Shown here: one piece after another, positions 13,060 to 25,900 of the stretch
How positions within the stretch are numbered: position 1 is the stretch's first letter
Layout of the letters: the number at the start of each line of letters is the position of its first letter
DNA from: Phoronis australis
Lineage: Eukaryota > Animalia > Phoronida
NCBI GenBank assembly: GCA_002633005.1
Contig: NMRA01000361.1
Span: 1 to 64,000 of the forward strand
Direction: 5' to 3'
Length of the DNA: 64,000 nt
Position numbers and translations under genes: made by a program
Notes under the pieces: generated by a model
What the model saw: only the letters and a program-made list of their open reading frames with translations
What the model was told of the DNA's origin: nothing
Database searches by the model: none

Positions 13060-13674
13060 GTGCTGTCTTCTATACTATGTTCTTTCTCTTTTTTCTTTGT
13101 TGACTTGCTGAACCCCCGCAGATCGAGGTCCCACCCCGTCGGGATGACACAGATCGCTGACACGGCCGTTGCTAGTGAATGATGGTCCACTGTCAACTAA
13201 ATTAGCAATCTGAACATGCACGCACGCGAGCGACTAAGTTGAAGATATTTGATTGGCAACATCTAAGACTTTCTGGGGACACAGATTAAAGTTTCCCTAA
13301 TTATTGTCTGAGAATGTAAGGTCAGACGTTTTGAGGACGTTTGTACCCGGATCAAAGAGCATGATTCGTTTCGCTGTTATAGCATGCACAATTTTCAGTT
13401 AAATTTGATTTTTTACAAATAAACCCGTGTTATTTGTGGAGCTCAATGCCCGCTGTGTATGATGCCTTTCTTTTAGACTTACTGTAATTATTAGTTTCAA
13501 TGCAGGTTGAGAAACCATTTGGGCCCTCAGAAATTCTTTGTATAGTTCGCTGGGAGTCATTGTGCGTATCACGTATCAGGAGCGCTGTGATATACTGCGT
13601 CCCAACAACTGTAGTACTATGTGCAATGTAATTAGTTCTCCAAAATATGCTTCGTGAGTCTTTGTATTTTGTAG

Positions 13675-16600
13675 ATGTTGCGGGAGATGACCTATGCCCA
13701 GGACCCTTGTTGGCAGGCAAATTACGACTGTTCTCAATCAAGTCCTGTCTTTTTTGTGAACGCGTTCGTCTTGTATTGGCCCATAAGAAGATTTAGTAAG
13801 ATATTAGAATTCTTTTAATAAAGCATTCAGTGATGCTTGAAGTATAGTACAAGAATTCAAAAACATTCCTGTTGGCATAAGACTGTTTTCTGAGACTGCA
13901 ATTAGTCTTCTAGGTTTTTCTTCTTTTACAGGAGTAGGCTACACCAGTTTATTTATGTGTTAAAAATGTTCATTGAAATTGTAGACTGCGTGTTTAAGGT
14001 GCATTCTCGGAGAGAAATTTTAAAGTAATTTTACACAAATCACTAGTAGCGCGGAATCGAAGGCACTAACTCAACAGCTAGTATCAGCCAAACGCTCTAT
14101 CGCTGAGTCAAATCCCATGCCTCTGAACACAAATGAATTTCTCGCTTACACTGGTCACTGCTTAGAGTCCCTTAGCCCCAAGCAACTTTTACGATGCCTA
14201 TTCAGCACGCGCTTTGTATTGGGCTAATGAAGTGGAAAGGTAATAGCTACTGTCTCAACAATGGTTGTTTTAGTACCCCCAAGCTGGTTTTCTTTGACAT
14301 TTGCAGAGTTACAGCCTGCAACTCTGGAGAGTAGTTTTAACTTGGTACATTATCAATATTACAAAATGACTAAAAAGGTTAACTTGTGTTTATCTTCACA
14401 AAGAGCCACTCCCCAAAGGAACGATATGTTTCATATTGATTTAATTTTTAATGTTTCTGCCCACTTGTTTTTTTTTCTTACCGGAAACGGTTTGATAAAT
14501 TTTAACTAATCTTTTTAAAAATGAACTTGAAGTACCAAAACAGTGGTAGATTTTGATCGCCAGCGAAACTTAATTAGTTCAGTTCATTGTGAGCCCATCC
14601 CTGAACTTTCCACATTACAGGTACACTAAACAGTTCACGTGTCATTAAAGTTAAATCTTTATTAGAACTCAAGTCATAAAATATACACAAAAGTGCAAAT
14701 ATGGTGATAACCAAACTGAAGATTTGGAATTTCTGGACAATTTCGGTGACACTTACTCTATAACTATTCTAGCTCTTTGTCAGTAATAAAAATGAAAAGT
14801 GGGCACAACTGAGTTGAGTACAACTATTTCCTGGTCAAAAATCTGGTTAAGCGAGATTGAAAGAATATTAAAAAATGATTCCATGTGATATTGTTAACTC
14901 TGATCAGCGTTTGTATATCCACCGAGTATATCAATACGCGCGGTAGTTTATCTTCAATCGTACCCAATGATTGTAGTTTTTAGATTATTAGTTCATCGAT
15001 TTTTAAAAATCGAAAACCGTACTTGGTTGCTTTTTTCCAGCTGAATACAGCCGTGGTGTTCGTTGTTCACGAAAATTATTGGTTAATGCATTTTGAAAAT
15101 TCGCCATTATGTACAGTCAGAGATGTTGAATACAGTTTATGGTCGGGTAATTACACTTAATTGGGTCTTGCTCGCATCGGGCATGCGGTCAACTGTACCT
15201 GACTCCGGCGCCACGCTCTCTTTGGTCCTGGTAAAAGCCTCTCAGGACAAGTGATGAAAATTCCCACATATCTTTAGAAATGCGTGAGTTTCTTGTAAGC
15301 GTATTCACGGTATGAAACCATTCGACACTTATCCCGGCCAAATTGTGTTCATCTGCCTCCAAAACGACAATGTATATTCCTTTAAAGCGAATACTATAAA
15401 CCGGCATTCCGTTCAAGAAATGAACTTTTGATTTCGACCACTAATCACTATAATTGAATTTGATTTCAACTTGTTCCCTTACTGCTCAGATGAGAAGTTA
15501 TTTATGAGTTTGTAAGGACCCGACAATTTGTCAGTCTTTGAGTTCATGCTCCCGCGTGAAGAGCCATCTACTCTAGAGCAAAGTCTCCAGCAATAACAAA
15601 CTGAAATCGCCTGTAACTTCATGCGCACCCCTCATTTGGCTAAGTGGGCAAAAAGGTCCGCATCAGGGAAACACAAAGTCCGACAAAATACAAAACGAGA
15701 CAGAAGTCCACTAAGAAGGCAGGAAAAGTTACCAAAATTCGGCGAATGCACAATTCTTAGCTCTGAACGTAACCCTTTTTATAGTAAAAGGTCCGCATTC
15801 TCTAACATTTGAGCCCACACATTTTTTTAGGCTGAGTGGGCGCATAAACTTGACTGCGGAGAATCTCAGGACGGAAAGTCATCTCAATCATTTTTGGAGA
15901 ACATTTTAATTTTATTCTTTTACTGGAATGGGGAAATATCCATATTAGATTGTAAGAATGTTTAATTAAACATGGACAATTCCAGCTGCGAAGTGGTCTC
16001 TCTCGATCCCCATGAGATGCCTGACTGGTTTCTAACGAAACAACCCGGAGGTAAGCTTCCGTGCTTGGAATTTCCTGACGGCAAGATTCTCTACGGTTCC
16101 ATTGCCCTATGCGAGTATTTGGACGCGACTTATCCAGAGAACAAGCTCACCCCGTCCAACCCATTTGTGAATGCTCGCCATAAAATGAATCTAGAAGATT
16201 TATTTGAAGAGGTGAGAAATAACATTGATTTGTCGTAGACTTTGGCATCAAAGCAATATAAAGTCACTTACAAGACCTTGAAAGCAGGCGTTTTAGTCTG
16301 AAAATTTGGAAGTAGTTCGATAAAAATTGCTCAGAAGCGCGTTGCCTGTATGGTGACGACTTCACAGTGCTATTTGTATGAACGAGTGCGAGCCTGCTTT
16401 TACAGCTGTCGCAACAGGTGATTTGAAACTATGACTGTGTCCTTGCAGTGAAGTGCACGTTGGGGACTACTGTGGCTGCATTCTGACGAGCACGCACGAA
16501 TAGGCCTACCATAGCCTGAGCACCAATTTTCGGTTTGGGTGAACCGAAGTTGAAATAAATATTTTTATGATTTCAGATGTATACTCACTTTAATAAATCA

Positions 16601-17538
16601 GTGTATGAGTCAAGGGGTGAAGACAAGAAGGCCCTTCTTAGATTCTTCAGCTGTTTGTTGGATCTGGAGACGGAGCTGACAGAAGATTTCTTGGGAGGTA
16701 TACGCTCTCATCATGATTGCCGGACACACTCTTGTCAGTTATCTTTAAAAGTCACTTTTCTGTTCTTTGCTCATGATACTCCTTAAATCAGTGAACAAGA
16801 TAAAACAGTTGGAGCTGCATTTCGTCCTATAATTTAGCTGACCTGAAAACAAAAATCGAATTGGGTATTTTACTTTCCTTATTAAGTTACGGTTATTCAT
16901 ACTCGAGGCCATCAGCGCTCAGCACTTACATATCAAACACACAAAAAAACAATAATAAAATACAGTAAATACCGGTACTTTCCTTTTCGTATTTTGTATG
17001 GTTCTATTTCCGTGAACGACTCTAGTCACAGGCAATGCCTACATGCGCCATTTTCCAATTAGTAATTTTCGGGTTAGTCAACCCCAATTGTGTTCGAGTT
17101 GCTGACGATTTTGACATTCTTGTTGGTAACGAGAATGGAATCCTGCCTAGTTGGTAAGAAATATCGTGAGACCTATTTGATGAGAGAAGAAGGCCCAATT
17201 CGATTTTCGTTTTTAGCCATCGTCGACATGCTGTTCTTTTCTTCTTACAATGCATCAGTTATCCAATCGATCAAAACTAAAAAATGTAGAAACTAAGGTG
17301 CTGTTTTTCAAACGCAGGTTACTCTCTGCGTATGATCGACTTTATGGTTTGGCCTATTCTGGAGAGACTGGAAATGACTGAAAATATCTTCCGTACTGAG
17401 CGGCCTCCACTACCCCAACTATCCGCCTATATCCTGCGCATGAAGACTGTGCCGGCCGTGAGTGAAGTCATGTTAACTACGGAAGATCTCGTAGAACACG
17501 CGCAGCAATTCATTAACCGCGGCAAAAGAATGTTTTGA
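13675..17538 (+). CDS. GSTO: Glutathione S-transferase omega-like protein, divergent (core 4 exons)
   Basis: Exons 13675-13795 (..LCPGPLLAGKLRLFSIKSCLFCERVRLVLAHKKI), 15986-16211 (CEVVSLDPHEMPDWFL..GGKLPCLE..GKILYGSIALCEYLDATYPENKLTPSNPF), 16577-16697 and 17318-17538 (GYSLRMIDFMVWPILERL..stop). All are GT-AG and in phase. The motif order and the three introns at 13675, 15986 and 16577 match GSTO1 as I recall it. Confidence 0.88.
15617..15850. mobile_element. Small degenerate TIR element in GST intron
   Basis: Left AACTTCATGCGCACCCCTC versus right reverse complement AAGTTTATGCGCCCACTC; internal repeated AAAAGGTCCGCAT. Confidence 0.35.
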
Positions 17539-19985
17539 TGAGAACAGGATTACAGGGTTGTGCAATTAACGGCATACTATCAAAACAGACCGATATCTCT
17601 TTATATTCAGAACACCGGTGCGTCAGGAAAAAATATCATTGTTAATATTGACGCGGGATAGTGTAATATCGAGAAGTTGGGACCTGTCAGTGTTTCAACT
17701 GCAACCGAGATTCTGCGACAAATTTAACAATGTTTTTTCAGTTAACTTTTAGTGCCAGACGTCCGCTTCTGAAAAAGTTAAAATAAATTCGACAAGAGTT
17801 TAATAAAATTGTGCATTTTATTATTATTCGCCATGAACGTGCCACATTTTGTAAAGAATGATCTACAGATGGGTCATTGCTTGGAAACTTTTCGTCGAAA
17901 GAGAAAGATTTCATTGTACGTCAGAAACCAATTATGAGAATCCGACTGAGTTAAGTCTGAACCTAGGATATTATTTCGTTCATACATGCACTTGCACGTT
18001 AGTCTGAAGTCTGAACGTCAGCCAGCACTTGAAGAGGCTCGAGGCAGTTCACGTGTACTTCTACTAAGTTTCTGGGGATGCAACCCGAGATAACACATGC
18101 AATAGTTTGCTAACAATCAGGTAATCACAAACAGATCCCTATACTTCTCTGGACATGGAGTTGGAAATCTTATTGTTGGAGAACGTCGCGTTCTATACAC
18201 AACAGCTAATCCCAGGGTCATGTCCGAACTCAAATTACATGCGGCATGATTTGAGTACAGACTGGTAAGTTTATTCCAAGCCGCGAAATTTCCAGTCGAG
18301 TTTATGAGTACAGAGTTTAGACCACCATTTAAATAAACCGTTCTTCGACCTAATCAGTGACAGAATTTGTTTACCGAAAAACCATCACTGACACTGTTCC
18401 AATAACATTGTATTATCTAGGAAAATAATCTAGGTACCAAAACAAGATCTTACATACTCTTAACTTCCTTTTTACTGAGCTTGGAGCGGACTAGGAGGGT
18501 GAATGGGAATCCGGTAGTGTGCAAGTACACGTCTTCATTACGAACGTTGGGAACACATGTTGAGAATTTTTTTCAAGTATTAAGGGTTTTATTTGTGTAT
18601 TTTAAACGAGAGCACGTGATTTTGGCTAGATTTAAGCGGGTGTAACGTTACTAAACTCTACCCGGGAATCATCTCTAAGTTGAGTAAGGAACAACTTTAG
18701 ACCACTCCATATCTGTAAACGGTCCAAGCCAAGATGTAGCTCTCTGGGTGCAAAGTGACTGTCATGGCAACCTTTCCTGAACCCATTCACTTGAACATTA
18801 GTAATTTTAAATGCACCGCAATACAAAAATGTATTGACAAATTAGCAAACAGAACATGGGAGCTGTGAAGTAACAATAAAATCAAGCAGATGACCAGGCA
18901 CATTGTATTTTGCCATTACAGGATTATAATTGACAGCATGCATAAATATTGAGGATACAATGTCAGAAGGAAGACCAATTTAACACAACAAAGGCGGGTA
19001 GAACAACATATTTGGTTAAGGAAGGAAGTAAATATGACACAATATCCTCTGTAACACTGAGTGTAATAATTACCAAAAACAGCTCTTATGCAATGGCATT
19101 GGTAGAAATTCTAAACTGCCTTCTCTACACCTCTTCGAACAATACCAGTACTAACATATAATACTATAATGGTAAAATATCGGCCAACATGCACATTCAT
19201 TAGAAACAATGTACCGTGAGAACTTAACTTAGAAATAATTATTCACATCCTATCATGCGTTAAGCACTTTTTACAGTCCTAAATAAACTGGAAGGAATAA
19301 CAGGACAGTGCATTGACATATTTCCAACAAGTACACAATTTAGTGCAATCCAATTAAACTGAAATTGTAAAGATGATGAGAGAGTACCACGTCACTCTTA
19401 TTCACATAATACAAACCACTGTTTGAAATAACAAAACTATAGACTTTCAACTACATGAAACCCAACAAGAGAATATAGTGCTGGACAATGTAAATAACGC
19501 AGAACAAAATAACAATTATTAAAATACAACAGATGGAACTATTTAAAATGACAATTGCCCGACTCCACCCCGGCTAAATGTAAAAAAAAAACACTTGTAT
19601 TTGAGGACGGAAAATGATTTACAAAACCTGTACACCAACTTAATAAGTGAAATAACAATTCTGCAGTGCTGAAAACATGCAAAGCTCTTCTATGATTGTA
19701 GGAGGGATGGGAAGAAACAAAATTGCATTGCATTACAAGAAATTTGCAGTGAGACTACCACAAAGATATGACATGTAGTTCCTGTACAGACAATAACAAA
19801 ACACTAACATCAGCAAATTCAATAACTTTCCTACATTAAAAGTTGTAAAATTAACAGTGAGATGCAGAACGCACTTTTTATAGCACCTTTTGAAAAATGA
19901 CAATCTTTTACATGTGAAACAACAGACTACAGAGAGTGAGCAATTCAGTCACTTTATTATAAATACACATCATAGTCTAATTCAG

Positions 19986-22900
19986 TTATCTATATGTGAT
20001 GTCTTCATTAAGGGGACTGATAGTGTCGTGTTTTTTTGCTCCTCTTTTAAACGTGAACAGTCCCGACAGTCGGCTTTTTGTGCTGGCACTGCTCTTAGTA
20101 CTTCGCATTGTGCCACTAGGTGTCGCCAATTGTCTCATGATGGGTGTGCCTGGTACACTTATTGAGCTCTTGACTGTAGTGTCTTTGTTCTCAGGTTGTA
20201 GGAAGTTCTTGTTGATCGGTGTCACCACCGTAATAGTTAGGCTGTCTCCAGAACCTTTGACGAGTTCGACAACTTGTTCATGTTTTGCCCACTTGGTGTC
20301 AGTTCCTTCGATGGAGATGATGAAATCTCCAACTTTAACTCCCACACTCTGAAACAACATTGACAAAAATTGGCTCAATCCCTTTATCAAAACTCTGATC
20401 AAAAGCCCATGGCATCAGACATGTACCATATAAACAGAAGCTGGCTCAATCGATTAATTACATTCTAGGACTTGACTTTTCACTAATCCATAGGGAGAAA
20501 TAAAACAAACAATTATCTTCTCATGCAGGACCATAAACTCTTTGCTAAGCTGTATTAAGTTACACAGTCCAACTGGGACAGTTGTATGACTAAAAACTGC
20601 TTTCACTGACCGTACATGTCATGACACCTATGATGTACAACGATCTGCAAAATTCTAAGTCTAAAATGTACACAAAGGGCATCACACAATCTTTGCACAC
20701 CAAATGTTTTTAGGTTCACCCTGTGATGTGTTGACATTTGAACTTACCTCGGCAACGCTGCCAGCTTCAACATCGGCAACAATGACTGGGGATTCGCCCC
20801 GTACACTGAAACCATAACCGTCCTTGGATTTGTTGAGTATGGCAATACGTGGGGACGACCATTCATGACGAGCGGAGAACACTGACAAAGGACCCTGAAA
20901 AGGAACCAGTGATACCCGTCAAGTCTCCCAGTCACCACCAAACATTGCATCACTGTGACCACACTTGGTCTCGTACTCAAGTTAACACCAATGCAGGAGG
21001 TTCTCGTATAAAAAGGTTATGAATGAACCTGACACAAGCTGACAAAAATAACTTAAAATGTGACATGACTAGAGTAAAATCTCACCAGTTTAGGAAAACG
21101 AGTTGTTAAAATTACATTCTATGTTATTGCTTTTTTAACGTCTTCTACGGCCCAAAATTTTTCAAAGTATTTTTTGACGGTTGCTATGGTACACAACTTG
21201 AACATGATAAAGCATTGACTTGATGCTACATAACATATGAAAAAATGAGAACATAAACTTCACTTAGTGTGCCATAGTGTGTACTAAACTTGTGAGACTT
21301 TACCTTAATAATACAAACCATATAACTAAACAAGAGCAACGCGGAGCGTTGAAATGCGCCCACAATTGCACCGCATACGGTATCCTTCTAGGGTTGTTTA
21401 TTGGTACCATAAAGTGGCCAGTAGAGGGCATACTTTGCAAAATGGAAAGGCATGGTCATTGTCTCCTCAATAGGCGCGGCTAGGGGCAAAATGTGAGTAA
21501 TCTTCATAATACAAGCACATCCTATACACCAGTTGCTTAAAGCACCACAGAAACATAGAATTAAAAACAAATTTACCAACNCTAAACTTGTGAGACCTTA
21601 CCTTAATAATACAAACCATATAACTAAAAAATATGACCCAACATCAGAGCACATCCATCAGTGACAAATAAATCAGCAAATAAACTCAAATTTCAACAAG
21701 AGGTACAAATCACAACACAAAATATTTACCAGCTTTACAAAGAGGTCTTCCACCTTGAATTCCGAGAAGTCGGGAGCTTTCGACGTGACGTGGAAGTATG
21801 TTTTTGCTACAATAAAGATTGAACACAATTGACTACATACTATATACAACTACTGCTATACCACAGCTCCTTAAAATGTGCTGCTACAACATGGTTATTG
21901 TTACTATAGTGGATACTCAAAGAATGTCTAGTACAGTAGGTGTTTTAAGTGTAGGCATTAAATAAAAACAAGTCAACCCTAAAAACACTACTCTACGTCA
22001 GCTAGAATTTCTGACAAAAGAGCCCGTAAACACACACACAATGGCTCAATTCAATGGACAGTCATCACGGAAACAAATCCCGCTCATTTGTGTCAGACAA
22101 GATTTCTGAAATAAATTGTACATAACATAATGTCAATTAAAAATAATACACTTACGGATGATGTCTGATACGTGCATAACTTCACTGAAATCATCTTCAT
22201 CTTCTAAAGTGGCTAACTTTTTTAAAGACCTGAATAAAACAAAGATACACTATATATACAAATCTGGCATATTGACAGGTGAGTAAGGTGAACTACAACA
22301 TTGGAAACAAGTGGCTAAATGAGTAGGTTCAGTGTTATAATTCCAGCACAGTTTTGAACAAACTCTAAATAATGCAGCCGTGGACAAACCACTCCGAACT
22401 AAACCCGCATTGCAAGACGTATTAACCAAGAGGTGGCAGTGTGGCCTAGTGGGTTAAGTGTCCAATTCTGGTCTATTAAGTTGTGAGTTCGAGTCTCTGT
22501 GGGGCACACTGCAAGACCCTTAAGTCACGTCTGTAGCTCCTCAGGTAGTTTTTAATTATATAATTAATAAAGCATAGAAATCGTTGTAGTTGATCAGTGT
22601 ACTGGGCCTACCTGAGCAGGCTGCACACATCTGGTGCAAAGTGTGCCAGATCACCTGCAATTATTTTTTCATATCCATTATCCAAGCTTTTAACTTACCT
22701 TTCATGGGCAGGTTTCAAGACTTTGAGGAATGCATCAATTTTTCGAAGCCTTCGACACAAGCTGTGGTCTCTCAGGGCATCTTCATGGAGAACTAACGCC
22801 TCTTGTAAGTGTGACTTGGCTGAAAAAAGACAAACCTTCACTTTAAGATGCAAAAGGAACGCGACACAGTGTGTGCACCTTAACTCGCTTTGAACTGTCT

Positions 22901-25900
22901 TGACAAAACATTTAGTGTGGTTCCCAGCAGTTAGCATTCAACTAATGTAAAGAATGTTCAAACTGGAAACAGTTGAGAAACAGATTCTTTTCAGCTGTTA
23001 GACAACCTAACTATACGTAGGAGATGTATACGCAAAGTGCCTAACGGATGCTGGATCATGATGCAATTCTAACACCAAAGTGTTACTACATCCAGTAGTA
23101 ACCATTTCATAAAACAATGGCTATGATAACATGGACCTTTTATCAGGTACAGAATGTCAATGCAGACTCAAAACATAGGTAACAACTGATTGTCTTACCT
23201 ATCTTATTTCTCAACTCCACATCCTTTGGATATTGATTTAATCTTTCAGAGTCGAGACCCTCCGTGTGCAAGTCTTCGAACAAACTGTCAATTTCCTCTT
23301 GTTTCAACACTGCAATCAACAGAAAACAATAACTCACAATGAAGATCAGAGTACTATAATTACAGTTAACAGTCATGTAACACAGCAAATTGTTGTCACC
23401 AATAGCAGCACATCCGTAGTCAGGTAGACAGAGCCCTGATGTGAAGTACGGCACCTGACTCAAAGAAATGGCACAGGGGACTTGGAGGGAGACCAACAAC
23501 TACTTTCATCTTCTCCACATGTTGAAATCACTTACCTTCGTGTTCCGTCAAGCCAATGGCCAGGTAGTAATGCGACGAAGCCTTGAAATGTTCACTCTTG
23601 ACAAGCATCATGGAAATCCACGAGAACGGTACATAGTCCTTCACGTGATCACGTGTCATCAATTTGTGAGTTTCGCTGTACAGTTGCGCCACCTATTGAC
23701 AGAATTATCACCCACACTGAATGTTGCTCAAAACATCAACACCTACAGAACATTCATTCAGTAACCAAAAAAATTAATAAAGAACTTTTCATCCTTTATG
23801 AATTCAAAGCTTCTTAAAAACCTAAATTCAATGGACAAGATAACCTCAGGTTCTCTAATTCAAAGTTAGTCAAGTTAGTTAGGTCCGTAGTAACTACTAG
23901 CATTAATTTGAACTTCACCACTGCAATTGAATCGGTTTTCTCTATTTTGTAAGACTAATGGCTACAGGAAGGGTAGCAGCACGCTACATTTAAGGAAACG
24001 GATGAGCAAGTTTCCTACATTATCAGTAGACACGCATGTCAGTCACTCACCATAGCTGCTTCCTGGGCTACTCTCACATAGTTCTCGACACCTTCGTCAA
24101 CACCGTCCAGTGTGCACTTCTCATAAACACACTCCTGACACTGGGCCTGTAACACACAGCATACATGGAACTGAACTATAGCATCTTAGACGGGGGCAGG
24201 CAGACAGGCGGCAGAGGGGGTAGAAGACAGCTGTGACAAAGTAAAGAGAACTTGGTGTAAATATATATTCTAGAGATGATGGTACTGGATCACCAACTCA
24301 AAGAGGCTTTAGTTGGAAAGTTTGATACACGTACGTACGTTTATGTTAATGGAGGCTTGCGCCAGTCTTAAGTACGATGCCCTAGCACTACTTACAAAGA
24401 AAAGTTGACATAGCATTGTGATGGAGTCTGGCTGTAGGTCCATACTAGGAGGCTGGCTGAATCGGTCACGGATGAATTTGAGCACACCGATGGCGCGCTG
24501 GAAGTAGGAGATAGCGGCATCCAGTCCTTCCATCTTTGTACGATCCTGGTGAGAAAAGAACGGCAAGGTTACTTGTAAACTGTATTTACTTTTAACATGA
24601 AATGATAAAAGTTTCATACTAAAATGAGACAACTACTTTCACAAATTGAAGCTGCACTTCGTCCTTTTAAGCAGGCTAAGAAAAGTCAAATTACATCTTA
24701 CATTCATAAAATTGCCCACGATAGGATTCAATTCCCATAACCAACAGGACTAACAAAACCATCAATGACTCAACAAAACACTTCAGAGTTTATTGGGGTT
24801 GGCAAAATCGAAAGAAGACGGTTCCAGCATTTTAAACATTAACAAATCAGGAGAGAGCTGTACAAAACTCATGCTCGTATGCACTTTCATGCCTCAAACT
24901 AAGAGTTCGCTCACATGTGTGTATCATACAAAGCCTACCTGTCTTGCTGCCAGCTGTGTATACAGGGCAGCTATGTTGAACAGAATTGATCCCTTTTCAA
25001 AGGCAAGAGACCGTTGCATAGTTGGGACACCAGTCAATGAATCAAACCTAGAACAGAGACAAATAAAGCTTCACCTGCTGTAATTTAACAGGTTGTGTGT
25101 GTATGTGCGTGTGTGCATTGAACTGGCATGCTGTTTCAGATAATTAATTAGATCCAAGTGAGTCATTTTGAAAAATGCTCAAACAGACTATTATTATATA
25201 CGGCTTCTTGCAAGTTACATATAATTTCCATATACTCTAAATTTAACTCCAGTTCTCTTGAACACGACCTTCACTTCAGTTGTATCTAATGATGTTTTGA
25301 TGCGGCTGGATTAATTAACAAATCTGAAGGGAGCACGTGCTGAAGGCCACTCACCAATGGAAGTACAACTGTAGAGATCTATGAAGTGGGAAGAACCGTC
25401 GCTCGATGAAGTAAAGCTGGTTGTAATACTCAAACAATAGTTTCACACCATCATCTGAACGTACTGGAGTTCTGACCGCCTGAAACACAAGTATAGGCGT
25501 ACAGACAGCATTCAGTGGTTTCAACTGAATATAAAACCTTTAAACTGAAAGAGCACAATGCCCTCATCAAGAATGACAATATTGTTAATGCCTTTCAACC
25601 AGTGTACACCTTGCATAGCCTTAACTGAAGTCAGTGGTTCTTTTAAGTCATAGCTAAAAAAAATTAGGCATAACCAAACCTTAGAATGTGACACTTAAGG
25701 CAGTTTATTCCATATGCTAAAAATAAGTTGAAATACTCTACAACTAGGTCAAAAGACAGCTAGTATGAAGTTGGAACATTGAAACTTGCCGGAGAGAAGT
25801 GAAATTCTCATTATTTTGATCCCATTGTTCTTGGCAGTTTTTAGCTGTGAATAACAAAGTGCTAAAACCTTTCTTACCAAATATTCTCATCAGATTTAAA

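Noticed and set aside
14102-14110. Antioxidant response element TGACTCAGC in a GST intron
   Set aside because: The same 9-mer occurs at 36040 in unrelated sequence; a single hit is not distinguishable from chance.
19996-20352. 118-aa antisense ORF over the last rhophilin exon
   Set aside because: Shadow ORF of the real coding strand; no independent evidence.
22434-22510. tRNA gene
   Set aside because: Only A/B boxes are present; acceptor and anticodon stems do not pair. Treated as a SINE head.
23693-23742. Upstream alternative acceptor for rhophilin exon 10 (AG at 23743-23744)
   Set aside because: It introduces a frameshift and stop; the acceptor giving 23692 keeps the frame.
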